A stretch of 46,947 nt of DNA from Octopus bimaculoides (GCF_001194135.2 NC_068987.1:109253716-109300662), one strand, 5' to 3'. Shown: positions 25,901-38,164, counted from the first letter of the stretch. A program made the numbers and translations. Notes: generated from the sequence alone by a model not told the origin.

Positions 25901-26279
25901 ATGGTTGTGTAGTGAGGGAGTTGAGTTCGTAACCAAGTGGTTCCGGGTTCAGTGCCTTCACGCAGCATGTTAGGCAATTACCATCTACTAAACACCCACA
26001 CCGACCAATGTCTTGTGAATTTAGTTGACAAAACCTGTGTAGAAACTCACTATGTGCGCGAGAGGTGGAGTGTATGCCCGTATGTCTTTATTTCCCTCCG
26101 TTTGACAACCGATTTTGGTTTGTTTACGTCTCTGTAGCTTAGTATTTTATTTCAGCAAAACAGAGTTATAGAATTGATACCTACCCTTACAAAAATCAAG
26201 TGGTGTGATTTGATTTGATCGCTTAACTCCTTCAAGTTGTGGTCGTAGTCCAATGACTGAAACAAGTAGGAAATAAAAG
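25901..26279 (+). mobile_element. SINE family A, diverged copy
   Basis: ggttgtgtagt...ggttccgggttcagt...ttgacaaccgat...aatgactgaaacaagt. Confidence 0.7.
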
Positions 26280-26357
26280 ATGCTTATAACTAACCCTCAT
26301 CGTTGATAAGTTAAAGACAGATTAAGCGTGAAACATCTTAACCACAATAATCTTTAA

Positions 26358-26600
26358 TCTCTTATCTTTAGCCTGTTTCAGTTATTAGTCTGTGGCTATG
26401 TTGGGACACCACGTTACAGAATTTTCAGTCGAATGAATCGAGCCGTGCTTATTATTTTTTTAAAGCCTGGTACTTATTCTATCGGTCTCTTTTGTCGAAC
26501 TGCAAGGACTTAAACACACCGACAACGATTGTCAAGCGGTGGTGAGGGACAAAAACAGACACAAAGACACATATACGCACACTAACACGCGCACGCGCAC
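26358..26600 (-). mobile_element. SINE family A, 3' half (tail-to-tail with the previous copy)
   Basis: tgtttcagttatt...ggtacttattctatcggtctcttttgtcgaac...gattgtcaagcggtggtg. Confidence 0.8.
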
Positions 26601-26631
26601 ACTAACACGCGCACGCACGCACATGTAAGTG

Positions 26632-26868
26632 ATAAAATCCTTCCCGAGTTATATAAAGTCATGGGGCTGTTTTCCCGGTTTCCATAGCGCAAATATTCCC
26701 TACCTGGACGGGATTCCAGTCTGTCGAGGGTTACTCATTTTTTTCCGGCTGATTGGATTGGAGCCACGTGAACCGAGGTGTTTTGCTCAAGAACACAACG
26801 CATCACAATCTTTACCACTATGAGTGCCACACCCTAACCATTAAGCATGCGCTTCCACAAGCAGAAAT
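26632..26868 (-). mobile_element. SINE family C variant: CORE-like head with a different 3' tail from the 2815-3144 copy
   Basis: Shares tgctcaagaacacaacgc and accctaacca(c/t)taagc with 2815-3144, but the tail (ttttcccggtttccat...cctggacgggattccagtctgtcgagggttactc) differs. Confidence 0.65.
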
Positions 26869-27739
26869 ATACACACATACAGAATAAGTGAGAGAGAAGA
26901 TGAGCGGGGGGGAGTGAGAGACTGGGAGAAACATTTAGAGGTCTTACGTCAAATGAGTTCTGTCTGTGGGTTTGTTTGTGGAGTTGTTAGCTAACTCCTC
27001 CTACATCGTCTTATCGATTTGATAATACTTCACACATGAGTAAAACTCATGTCTGGAAACCTCATGGCATACTCAAATTTTTGAAGAAATCGATAATAGG
27101 GCCCCTGGAAGGGATCCTTATATATATCTAACATACTTTATTTTAAAAGCAAGGGAAATAACCCATTCGCCATTGGAAGGGGTCCTTATATATAGCCATT
27201 TTCCTAAATTAGTTGGTATAAATCAACTTGAGCTTGTTTATTTCTTTGTATTTGAACTGTTAGAGTCATTTTTGCAATTTATCCAGTACAACCCTTAAAC
27301 AAGTAAAAAGTCTTTTCCTAAACAATAGATCCACTTATTTCGGTTAGTGACATATTCACGAATATACCAGCACTAGCGCCCCAAAGGGTAATATTCTCTG
27401 GGAACACACATAAGCCCTTTTTAGAGTTATTTACTTTGCATTGTTATTATCTCATATCTGATTAGCCTGTTGTTACGTAACATGATTCACGATTTTGGTA
27501 TACATACCTTATTAGTATTTCCTCCTAAGTTGTATATATTTTCAGAGCGCATTAAAGCCCTTTTCGGGGCTACTTTATTTGAATTCTTACTATCGGGTAA
27601 CTAATTTCATAACTGACTTCACAATTTGAGTATTCATAACTTATTGGGAATTCCAAAAAACAAGAATACATACATACATACATACATACATACATACATA
27701 CATACATACATACATACTTACAAACGTCAGGTGAGGACG

Positions 27740-27830
27740 AAAACGGCGACGCGAACATGGGGAAAACAATTGTGTTTTTCGGATGAATCCCATTGTGATA
27801 GTTCCTCTGTATCGAGTTGCAGATACTTCC
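27740..27830 (+). mobile_element. Possible Tc1/mariner transposase fragment (first Asp of the DDE/D triad)
   Basis: TWGKQLCFSDESH resembles WxxVxFSDESxF. No TIRs and no further motifs found. Confidence 0.3.
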
Positions 27831-28574
27831 TTGTCACCCTAGCTATCAGAAATGCGGTGAACCACTGATTTTCCTGTCGTAAAACTGTAACCAAACAACG
27901 CTATTCTTTAGCAAATGCAGAAATATATAAAAGAATTATCAAGGTTGATTTCAGTGACTAAACACTCACCATTAATAATTTTAAGTTCTTGAACGTATAT
28001 TCGAAATCGTTTTTCTTTTGCTTTTTTCAATCTTCCATTTTATTGTTGCTTTTCAATAAATACTAACATAACGGAAACTTTTTAGCATTACCATTTCCAA
28101 AGATTAAGTCTAAAAAACTCAAACTTAATCCAGACATTTTGTAACTGAATAAACACATTTTCGTTTATTTTCCATATCTGGTAGACGTCAATTCTTCGTT
28201 TTACTGGTAACTTCATTCAACACGACCACCACCGACATCACAATCACAACCAACGACCACCGCCACCACCGCCACAACCACAAAAAAGTAAAAAATCTGT
28301 TGACATCGACCTATCTGAAAGAAATTCTAGATTCTCGGAATTTTGACTAACCCACATCTTCTTTGATGTGATATCGTCTGCTCGCGTTGTTCAGGTAATG
28401 TAACGTATGATATTTAATAGATCTTGTCTTGGCATCGAATCATTCTTTCATGAAAGAGAGAAAAATCCATAGCGACATTTTATATTTCAAGAGGTTTTTA
28501 TCATTTTTTATATTCTTCCACTCATTCACCCATCACAGTATCACTCTGTCTATATCACTCTTTCGTTATCTCTT

Positions 28575-28611
<37 letters not shown>

Positions 28612-29109
28612 CTCTCTCTTTCTCTCTCTCTCTCTTTCTTTCTCCTATTCATTTATTTCTACATCTATCAATCTAAATATCAGTGTAAATGTATATGTCA
28701 TCCCCCTCCCCTTCACTGCCTCTTCTCATGGCTCTCCTTTCTTGTGTATATATGTGCTTGTGTTTGTGTGTATGCATATGCATGTCTATATAAGTATATA
28801 TATACATATATGTGTGTGTGTGTGTGTGCGTGTGCACATACATATATACACACATATATATAATATATATACTAACATATATACACGCACACATATATAT
28901 ATATGTCATTATATATATATATACATACATGCATAGAGGCATACCCACACACACATACACACACACATACACACACACACATACACACACATATAGAAGG
29001 CACATGTTTATACATCTACAAAGTCATAAAACAAAAAAACCACTGTATACATACTAATCACTCACATACACACACACATTTACATATACACACAGATAAA
29101 CACACACAT

Positions 29110-29140
<31 letters not shown>

Positions 29141-29420
29141 GTATGTATGTATGTATGTATGTATGCATGCATGTATGTATGTATGCGTATAGGCGCATAG
29201 AGAAATACATGCATCGAGCTACAAAGAAAGCGGAAAGAGGAAGAGCTAGTCATTTGTGAACATCGATCTATAACTAACTATAGCTAGATGACTAAATCGA
29301 ATCTATTGCTTCGTCTATCAGTTTACTTGATGCAGTAAAAACATCTTATTGTCAAAATAGCTACAGTGCAAAGACGACTGAATACCCAATATATACGAAT
29401 TCCTAAGAGCGCAAAATTAC

Positions 29421-29750
29421 CATCAAAGCTGAATTGTCAAGATGGCTAAATTAACATTGAGGCTGAATTGCCAAGATGATTATTTTATCAAGATAGCTAA
29501 AATTGTGAAACAATATGAAAATGTGGTATAGGTGGACGATAAAAAAACTACATAATGGAGAGAGACGTGCTCAAAATCTCTTCATCAGTTGTCAATCGAA
29601 TTTCATTACAATTTCAAAAACTTAAATTGGCAAGTTGCCTGAATTGCTAAGATGACTATATTGACAAGACGGCTGAATTGCCAACTGAGCTGATGTTTCT
29701 AAGATAGCGGAAGTAACAAGATGGCTGCGTTGCTAAGTTGGTTGCATGGA
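29421..29750. repeat. Degenerate 17-bp-period minisatellite in two blocks (5 units at 29421-29505, 7 units at 29631-29750)
   Basis: Consensus approximately CAAGATGGCTGAATTGC. Units keep a 17-bp register (one is 18 bp). Confidence 0.85.
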
Positions 29751-30280
29751 TAGGGTGCTGAAGTATTAACTCAACTGATGTGAATTCTTATTTTTTACAG
29801 AAAGTTCAATATTTCTTTTTTCTTTTTTGAACAGTGCAATTCTACAAAAATTCTGTTAATTTAGTATGGGAGGATTTCGAATTCAGGACACAAACATCCA
29901 GAACGAAAATTATAAGTCACCTGGTCCGACGTGCTGACAGTTTCAATAAATCATTAATATGGTCATGGTTTGATCGCCTTTAATCGTATGATTGATCGCT
30001 CAGGGCTGATTGTGGTAACACAAAAATATGGTAGAATATGATTACAATAAACAGTTGCATCTCAACATTGAAGACATTGGCAGATGAGTATATTTATTGA
30101 CTAGCATGGCCGCGTTTCTTATAGTATGAATGTTCTTTCTGTAGAAATGAAAGTACAGAAGAGAAGGTGGTGGTCTTGTAGATGGTATGGAATGGTCGGT
30201 ATTGATTTTCATTCGGTACAGAGAAAAACTGATAAAACACCCTGAAAAAATTATATCGATATATAAATGTGTGTGTTTGT

Positions 30281-30319
<39 letters not shown>

Positions 30320-31174
30320 TGTGTGTGCGTGTGTGTGTTTGTATGTGCATTTGTGTGACTGTGTGTGTGTGTAAAGTATATGCAGGTATATATACTTACA
30401 CACAAATATATATATTTGTATATATGTGTGCATATTCAAATATGGGCACACATACATACACACACACGCGTATATATGTACGCAGACATATATATGTATT
30501 ATATATTTATGTATATATGTATACATTTATCTCTCTCTTCATATATATATATGTGTGTATACATACATACATGCATATATATATATATATATATGTATGT
30601 ACGTATGTATATATGTATGTATGTATGTATGTACGTATGTATGTATATATGTATGTATGCATGTATGTATGTATGTAAGTATGTATAGAGAGACAGAGAA
30701 ATAGAGGGTAAGAGAGTGTAATACGCATATATGTGTACGCATATAGTTGTGTGTGCGTGGGCATATATGTGAATATGTGTTCATGTAAACGCATATAAAT
30801 ATATACAAGTTGAAGGAAGTTCTTAAAAGAACCAAGCTATATCATCGTAAAACAGTTCAAAGGAATTGCTAAAAGAACACAGCTATCACATGAAAATAGA
30901 AGTTTAATACATTCGTTAATTAAACTTAACACCAATGATTACATAAATAAATTAGAGAACAATTTCACTGACAGAATCTCCTATTTCTTCTAGTTTATGA
31001 AACAAACAAAAAATAATAAGAAAAGATTGACCCATCAACAAAGCAGGGAGAAGATAAAATATAATAAAGCAAATTCCCAAGCGAAACAATTTCCTTAATT
31101 GTGTTCTTGCTGTAATGAGTTTAGCTTCCGATGCACCAACTAGAGTTTGAAACGAGAACATAATGACACTTTAC

Positions 31175-31547
31175 ATGTTTCAGTCAATACACTGAGGCCA
31201 GGCTGGGGTACCGCCTTGTCTTAGTCAAATGAATCGACCTCAGTACTTATTGCTTTGTGGGGTTTTTTTGTTTTGTTTTGTTATGCCTGGTACTCACTCA
31301 TTCTATCGTTCATTTTGTTGAACCGCTAGTTTAGGGGACGTAAGCACAGCAACTCCAGTTATCAAGCGGTAATCAAGGGGAGACAAACACAGACATAATC
31401 ACACACACACACAAACACACACACACGCACATGTACACATATATATATATATACATAGGGTGCGCTTCTTTCAGTTTCCGTTTACCAAATCCACTTACAA
31501 GGCTTTGGTCCGCGCGAGACTACAGTAGAAGACAATGGCCCAAGATA
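31175..31547 (-). mobile_element. SINE family A, diverged copy lacking the head
   Basis: tgtttcagtca...gaaccgctag...tttcagtttccgtttaccaaatccacttacaaggctttggtc. Confidence 0.8.
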
Positions 31548-32843
31548 CAATTGGACTAAACAATTGCCTAATTACCCGATGGGTCTTGCTTCCCAGCCAC
31601 TGAGTGGTTGAGAATCACGCTTCTTAGCCCTCAACCACAAACACACACATACAGACATATGCACAAAAATAACGACCCGAATACACGCATCGTCTTTTAT
31701 CATTCCCTGTTTCATACATNNNNNNNNNNNNNNNNNNNNNNNNNNNNNNNNNNNNNNNNNNNNNNNNNNNNNNNNNNNNNNNNNNNNNNNNNNNNNNNNN
31801 NNNNNNNNNNNNNNNNNNNNNNNNNNNNNNNNNNNNNNNNNNNNNNNNNNNNNNNNNNNNNNNNNNNNNNNNNNNNNNNNNNNNNNNNNNNNNNNNNNNN
31901 NNNNNNNNNNNNNNNNNNNNNNNNNNNNNNNNNNNNNNNNNNNNNNNNNNNNNNNNNNNNNNNNNNNNNNNNNNNNNNNNATATATATATATATAACAAA
32001 CTGAGGAAAAGAGATCCTTCCAATTCACTGGTATTTCACTTGAATACCAGAGCGATACTATTGACAATCTGGTTACCCCTAAAAGATTAGTAAATTTGAT
32101 TTCCATTACTATAGCCTAAATATATATCTACGGGGTACTTTGTTTATCGCATTTACCGCCTTAAGTCTATATTAATGTGTATTACGGAATACTCTCTACG
32201 ATAAATTAAGTAAGCAAGGAAAAAAATCTTTATTAGGTTTCTATTCTTATCTACTACGGAATTATCCCTCCGAGAAAACAGTAAATATAGATCATCATTA
32301 GTTAATTCAAGCGATATTTTTTTTTTTATATGAATTAATTTAAATAATTAGAAGAGTTGTTATATTGAAGATGTAATTGTTAATATATATATTTTGCTGC
32401 AGTTATGCATAGGGAAGACTTAGATACTTGATTATATACATATATATATATGCACACCTATCTTATTGTTGTATGTTGTGGTGACGAGGAACTATTTTGG
32501 ACATGAAAGGGTTTCGATTGGTATGTGTTTGAGATGTAATTAAGGGGAATTTCAATGGTTGTGGATTGTCCTTGCTTGGTTGTATCGTCCGTTAGAGTGT
32601 TTTTATTGTCTTTTTAATTTTAATTGTTGTATGATTATATAGCTAACGCCCAAGCTCATAATACATAGGCATTTGAATTAATTTTTACGATCCAGCCGTC
32701 GTTTCACACGGAATTTCGTCTATCTTTAAACCATGATCCTGAAGTGACTTATATATAAGGGAACTGTTATTGTGTATGTAGATCAGAAAATGTATATAAG
32801 TTGAAACATTTTATTGGCATTTATAGTTTATTAAATAATTCTT

Positions 32844-33001
32844 GCAGCGTAGAAGGTATTTATAAGCCATTTAAAACACACAAAAACCGTTAGATTCACT
32901 TCAGCATTTAAATTTATTTTGGCAAATTAAATTTAAATGTTGAAATGAATTTAACGGTTTTTGTGTGTTTTTAAATGGCTTATAAACACCTTCAAGGCTG
33001 C
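32844..33001. repeat. 158-bp foldback (73/74-bp arms, 11-nt spacer); probably a MITE or TE-end derivative
   Basis: The left arm 32844-32916 and the reverse complement of 32928-33001 differ by 6 mismatches and 1 indel. Confidence 0.9.
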
Positions 33002-33148
33002 AGTTGTTTTCGTTCCAGCACACGATCTCAGATCAGGTCACTTGCTATGCAAGTACACCTCCATAATTTAATAATTGTATATCATGTAATATTATAATAT
33101 AAATAAATTATTGGATTGTCAATAGAATCTTTCTATCTAATTTATCTT

Positions 33149-33183
<35 letters not shown>

Positions 33184-33619
33184 NNNNNNNNNNTAATGAA
33201 GCCAATAAACAACATAGTTTCATATATAATAGTGTATAAACAATTTAAGTTATTATACACGAAAGAGGTGACATTTGACAGGACACCTTACATGCTAGAA
33301 AGAGCAGTCAAAGCCCAAACCAAAGGTCACCTCTTTCCTGTATAAATACTTAAATTGTTTATACACTATTATATATATGTGACGTGCTTCCACACAGTTT
33401 CCTTCACTTACGAAGGATTGGTCGCTCCGGAGCTATAGTATAAGGCACTTGATACCAGAGTTTGCAAAGCGAGTTCCTTAGGGAGGTTATCTTCTGACCA
33501 GATGCCTACATATGTTACTTCAAAGAAGGTAACTTAATTTTCTATTTTCATAATCTGTGTGTGTGTGTGTGTGTGTGCGTGTGTGCGTGTGTGTGTGTGT
33601 GTGTGTGAATTCTTTTATT

Positions 33620-34525
33620 CTTCTATTTTTTATTCTTTTGCTTGTTTCAGTCATTTGACCGCGGGCATGCTGGAGCACCGCCTTTAGTCGAACCAATCGA
33701 GCCTAGGACATTTTCTTTGTAAAGAATAATTTTTCTATCGGGGACGTAAACACACTAACATCGGTTGTCAAGCGATGGTGGAGGAACAAACACAGGCACA
33801 ANNNNNNNNNNNNNNNNNNNNNNNNNNNNNNNNNNNNNNNNNNNNNNNNNNNNNNNNNNNNNNNNNNNNNNNNNNNNNNNNNNNNNNNNNNNNNNNNNNN
33901 NNNNNNNNNNNNNNNNNNNNNNNNNNNNNNNNNNNNNNNNNNNNNNNNNNNNNNNNNNNNNNNNNNNNNNNNNNNNNNNNNNNNNNNNNNNNNNNNNNNN
34001 NNNNNNNNNNNNNNNNNNNNNNNNNNNNNNNNNNNNNNNNNNNNNNNNNNNNNNNNNNNNNNNNNNNNNNNNNNNNNNNNNNNNNNNNNNNNNNNNNNNN
34101 NNNNNNNNNNNNNNNNNNNNNNNNNNNNNNNNNNNNNNNNNNNNNNNNNNNNNTATATATTCGATGGGCTTTTTTCAGTTTCCGTCTACCAAGTCCATTC
34201 ACAAGGCTGAATGGACTTGGAACTGAACTTGGAACCTTGTGGTTGGGAAATAAGCTTCTTTATTTTTTTATTGAACACAGGTAGCTAAACATAGAGGGGA
34301 CCATCAAGGAGATAAAGTCGATTACATTGACCCCAGTGCGTAACTAGTACATATTTAATCGACCCCGAAAGGATGAAAGGCAAAGTCGACTCAGAACGTA
34401 ACGGCAGACGAAATACCGCTAAGCATTTTACCCGGTGTGCTAACGATTCTGCCAGCTCGCCGCTTGTTACCACACAGCCACGCTTCTTACCACAAGCTTC
34501 TTACCACACAGCCACCCTGCGCTAA
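33620..34525 (-). mobile_element. SINE family A interrupted by an N-gap (33802-34153) and by a nested family B SINE
   Basis: The A sequence stops at ...gggaaataagcttctt (34260) and resumes at ttaccacacagccac (34468), after the B copy. Confidence 0.8.
34262..34465 (-). mobile_element. SINE family B nested in the head of a SINE A copy
   Basis: gctaaacatagagggg...gaccccgaaaggatgaaaggcaaagtcgac...gctaacgattctgccagctcgccgc. Confidence 0.88.
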
Positions 34526-35096
34526 CGCACTAATTTATCCATCTTCGCTTGCACTACGTAACTAAATCTACTTTATTGCTAGAGTTAGTTCGACGTGTTT
34601 AGAATGTTTTGCAGAATAGTTCAATGTAGTATTTTGCTTGATTTGAAATTGGTCAATATTTTTATAACGGGTATTTATGATCATTGACGGAGACAAGTGA
34701 TTAGAAGTAGCCTCTGCAAGCGCATGATTTCATTTTTAATTCCATCATGTGATCGCGAGATCGTGAGTGCAACAGCCTAATCCCAATCTCGCGGTCGTAG
34801 TTTCCATTCATGGATCGGGTAGTGCATTGTGTTTTTGAGCGAGGCTCTTCATCGGACGTTGTCCTGCATTCACTTCAGTACCTGACGAGTGGCGCACCGT
34901 GCACCTTTTCAATCAACGTCAATTTGGTGGAGGAAACGAACTAATGTCCAGCACAAACATTTGATCGCTCTAAACAAATCATGTGTGCAGATTGTTCAGT
35001 TAGAAATTGCAGAAGAACCGTCTTTCTGGGACTACAACAGACTGCAATATAATATTATACATACATACATACATACATGTATATATATACATACAT

Positions 35097-35148
<52 letters not shown>

Positions 35149-36013
35149 CCATGCATACATACAGATGTGTGTGTTTGCGTTCAGAATAATTTTCTTTGAT
35201 CATTTAAGTAATACACCCAACTGGATTTTTATATATTCTGATGCTTTGTATTGATTTGGTTCTCCCTAAATAAGTTATTCAAATTCACCAAGCTTATTTT
35301 ATACAGTAAATAACACAATGAGTAAACAACTTCATCTGTTTAGTTATTTATTTGTTTGTTTTGTTTGTTTGTGTGTTCGATTGTTCGTTTGTTTGTTTGA
35401 TATGCTTATTTTATGTACTTAAACGATTTCGTAAATGAAGTTCGTGAATTTAAGTAAGTTTGTATGGTTGTAATGCCGTAGGGAGAGGAGCGATCTGACG
35501 GTTGAGAATCTCCTTTGACCTACGAGAGAGAGGGGGGGGAGAAAGAAAGAAAGAAAGAAACAAAGAAAGGTAGACAGTGAAATATTTATATAGAGAGAGA
35601 AAAGGAGGACAGAGAGAGAGAGAGAGAGACAGAATTGATTGGTGTCCGTTTCTTTTCACGGAACATTCTTGCAATCATCGACCAGCAATTTTTTTCCGAA
35701 TTCTATTTACCTGTTTCATAAATATATTTCAATACTAGATTATTTTCAGACGCTTCTTTTAATTCATCAAAATGCCCAGACGTCATGAATACGTCTGTAC
35801 TTCGTGTGTAGTCGGTCATTTACCTTACAGAACGTTTCATTGGCTTGTTTACTCGTGGATAAGGAGTCAACATGTTCACCCGTCAAGTTCTATGAACAGG
35901 TTTTCTAACGGGACATCGCATTAAATCGTTTGGAACCTTCGAGAGGCTCACTTTCTTGGGATAATTAGTCACATTGATGGAACTCTAACTGTTGTATGAT
36001 TGTATTCATTCTA

Positions 36014-36223
36014 CAGGGTGTCCTCAAAGTCTAGGTACATGGAGTAAATAAAATCATAACATAAACAATTAAATATAAGGAATAATAATTTCTTAAAATA
36101 TGTGTTAATCCTCATGTGCGCACATGGAGTAAATAAAATCATAACAAACTATTAAATGTGAGAAATAATAATTTCTTAAAGTATGTGTTAATCCCCATGT
36201 ACCCAGACTTTGTGGACACCCTG
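36014..36223. mobile_element. Tc1/mariner-type MITE, 210 bp, TA target duplication, internal 85-bp tandem dimer
   Basis: TIRs CAGGGTGTCCTCAAAGTCTAGGTACATGG and the reverse complement CAGGGTGTCCACAAAGTCTGGGTACATGG (27/29). TA flanks at 36012-36013 and 36224-36225. Confidence 0.92.
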
Positions 36224-36257
36224 TAGAATATGGAAGCATCATTTTTCCTGCCTTCAA

Positions 36258-36473
36258 GGCGGCGAGCAGGCAGAATCGTTAGCACGCCGAGCGAAATGCT
36301 TAACGATATTTCATCTGTCTTTACATTCCGAGTTCAAATTCCGCCGAAGTCGGCTTTGCTTTTCATCCTTTCGGAGTCGATAAATTTAGTACCAGTTGCA
36401 TACTGGGGTCTATCTAATCAGCTGGCTCCCTTCTCCAAATTTCAGGCCTTGTGCCTATATTAGATAGGATTAT
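36258..36473 (+). mobile_element. SINE family B, full length (reference copy)
   Basis: ggcggcgagcaggcagaatcgttagc head, B-box GAGTTCAAATTCC, central tttcatcctttcggagtcgataaatttagtaccag (resembles the Meta/MESC-type SINE domain, from memory), tail aaatttcaggccttgtgcct. Confidence 0.88.
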
Positions 36474-36591
36474 TCCTGTCTTTCCACCAGGAATGGTGTT
36501 CTCGTTATACTTTATATACAGGAAAATGCTGGGACAGTCACAACAGCAATGTAATTGGTCACGGGGTAACATAATGGGAATTCATCTAAGG

Positions 36592-36740
36592 CTGTGGTCC
36601 TTAACCGGGGTCCAAATGACTCTTGGGATCCACATAAGATTTTTGTTGCTAAAATTAATGCGAAATAAACTGATTATACATGTGCAATACACAAAATATT
36701 TTAACAATTTTTTAATACAATTCCTATTAATATTTAATTA
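36592..36740 (+). mobile_element. Possible hAT (Charlie-like) MITE left end
   Basis: ctgtggtccttaaccggggtcc...gggatccac resembles CAGTGGTTCTCAACC-type hAT termini. No right end seen. Confidence 0.3.
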
Positions 36741-36757
36741 CAAAAAATATTACATAA

Positions 36758-36828
<71 letters not shown>

Positions 36829-36954
36829 ATACATATGCATTCTTCTGACGTGCCTTAGATATGCAGGAAGTATTGTACGATTACAGGCCGTGGAAACCGG
36901 GAAAGTCCAAACGATGGCAGAAATATTCCTTCCTTATTTGGCTTAATGAGAGCA

Positions 36955-37122
36955 ATTCTGAGGGGTAGGGAAGTCGATGTCATCGACCCCTGTGCTCAAA
37001 GATCCTAGTTTTATCGACTGCGAAAGGATGAAAGGCAAAGTTGGCCTCAACGGAATTTGAACTCAGAACGGAAACAAGTATTTTCCCAAGCGTGCTAACG
37101 ATTCTGCCAGCTCGCTGCCTTG
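36955..37122 (-). mobile_element. SINE family B copy
   Basis: catcgacccc...cgaaaggatgaaaggcaaagt...ggaatttgaactcagaac...gctaacgattctgccagctcgc. Confidence 0.85.
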
Positions 37123-37144
37123 ATGGCAACAACACTAAATAACC

Positions 37145-37400
37145 CTTTCTACTACAGGCACAAGGTCTGAAATTTAGGGGAATGGGGTTAGTCGATTATA
37201 TCAACCCCAGGGCTCAACTAGTACTTAATTTGATCGACCCCAAAAGGATAAAATGTAAAGTCGATGCGGGCGGAATTTAAACTTCGAGCGTGCCGGAAGA
37301 AATGCTACGAAGCGTACCGGACGAAAACCCACTAACTGTCCCGGACGAAATGCTTAGTTGTGTTTCGTCCGGCACGCTAACTATTCTGACTTCCCACCAC
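37145..37400 (-). mobile_element. SINE family B copy in tandem with the previous one; head contains local duplications
   Basis: ggcacaaggtctgaaattt...gaccccaaaaggataaaat...gcggaattt. The ccggacgaaa motif occurs about three times in 37293-37360. Confidence 0.75.
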
Positions 37401-38093
37401 CTTAACAACAGCAGTTATAATGAAATTACAGCAGTCTCCGCGTGCTTTTTCGATTTGAAAGAAATATAGCCTTAAATGTATATCTCGCCGTTGTAAAAAG
37501 AAAGAATTAGTCAGTCATTGAATAATATAATCCTATACACACGAGACTGTCACAATTGGAACGCCTTCGACTAAGCTGTTCTGAGGTTAAACCGCACCAA
37601 AACAATCTAAAGATCGCTAGTTTGTTTTTGATTATCGTAAGACATGCAGCATGGACACACCAACGAAAATTACCTTCAACAGAAATTGGTTTGGCAAAAC
37701 GATGGCATATATTTTGAACAAGAAAACAGGCAGTAAGCTGCGCATGAATTTCAAAAAGTAGTTCTAATAACGAGGGAAGAAGCATTCCATATTTGTAACG
37801 TTTGAAGATTAGAATTGAATTGAAAATATAATTTGGTAACAAGAAAATGAACGAGAAAATAATTAAAAGTAAATCGAAGTCATGTTTTTAACATGACTTT
37901 GTGGTAAGCAATAGCTGCTTCCAATTTAAATATATATATACTCAAATAGTTATGTATATTTAAATAGATATACATATACACATATACACACACAAATATA
38001 TATATGTGTGTATATGCATTTAATTATGTACGATTGTATGTATATACACACATATATATATGTATATATATATATATACATATATATACATAC

Positions 38094-38124
<31 letters not shown>

Positions 38125-38125
38125 T

Positions 38126-38164
<39 letters not shown>

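Noticed and set aside
28370-28402. Strong donor-like CAG|GTAATG
   Set aside because: No upstream acceptor or open exon. Isolated donors are expected by chance.
29421-29750. CRISPR-like interpretation of the 17-bp array, and of the 20-bp triplication at 9965-10028
   Set aside because: Units are contiguous with no unique spacers, there are no cas genes, and the context is eukaryotic.
30952-31161. 69-aa hydrophobic ORF with a loose resemblance to Frizzled TM6 (LRKLFRLGICFIIFYLLPA)
   Set aside because: It is short, antisense to A-rich sequence (which yields F/L/I by default), and has no neighbouring Frizzled motifs or splice signals.
32470-32780. Possible Penelope remnant or hammerhead (GTGACGAG...GAAA) upstream of the foldback
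   Set aside because: The motifs are too degenerate to support a call.
34760-34950. 11-bp stem GATCGCGAGAT/ATCTCGCGGTC and a GC-richer patch with a CAG|GTACTG donor-like site
   Set aside because: No recognisable ncRNA motif, no good acceptor, and the translations match nothing I recognise.
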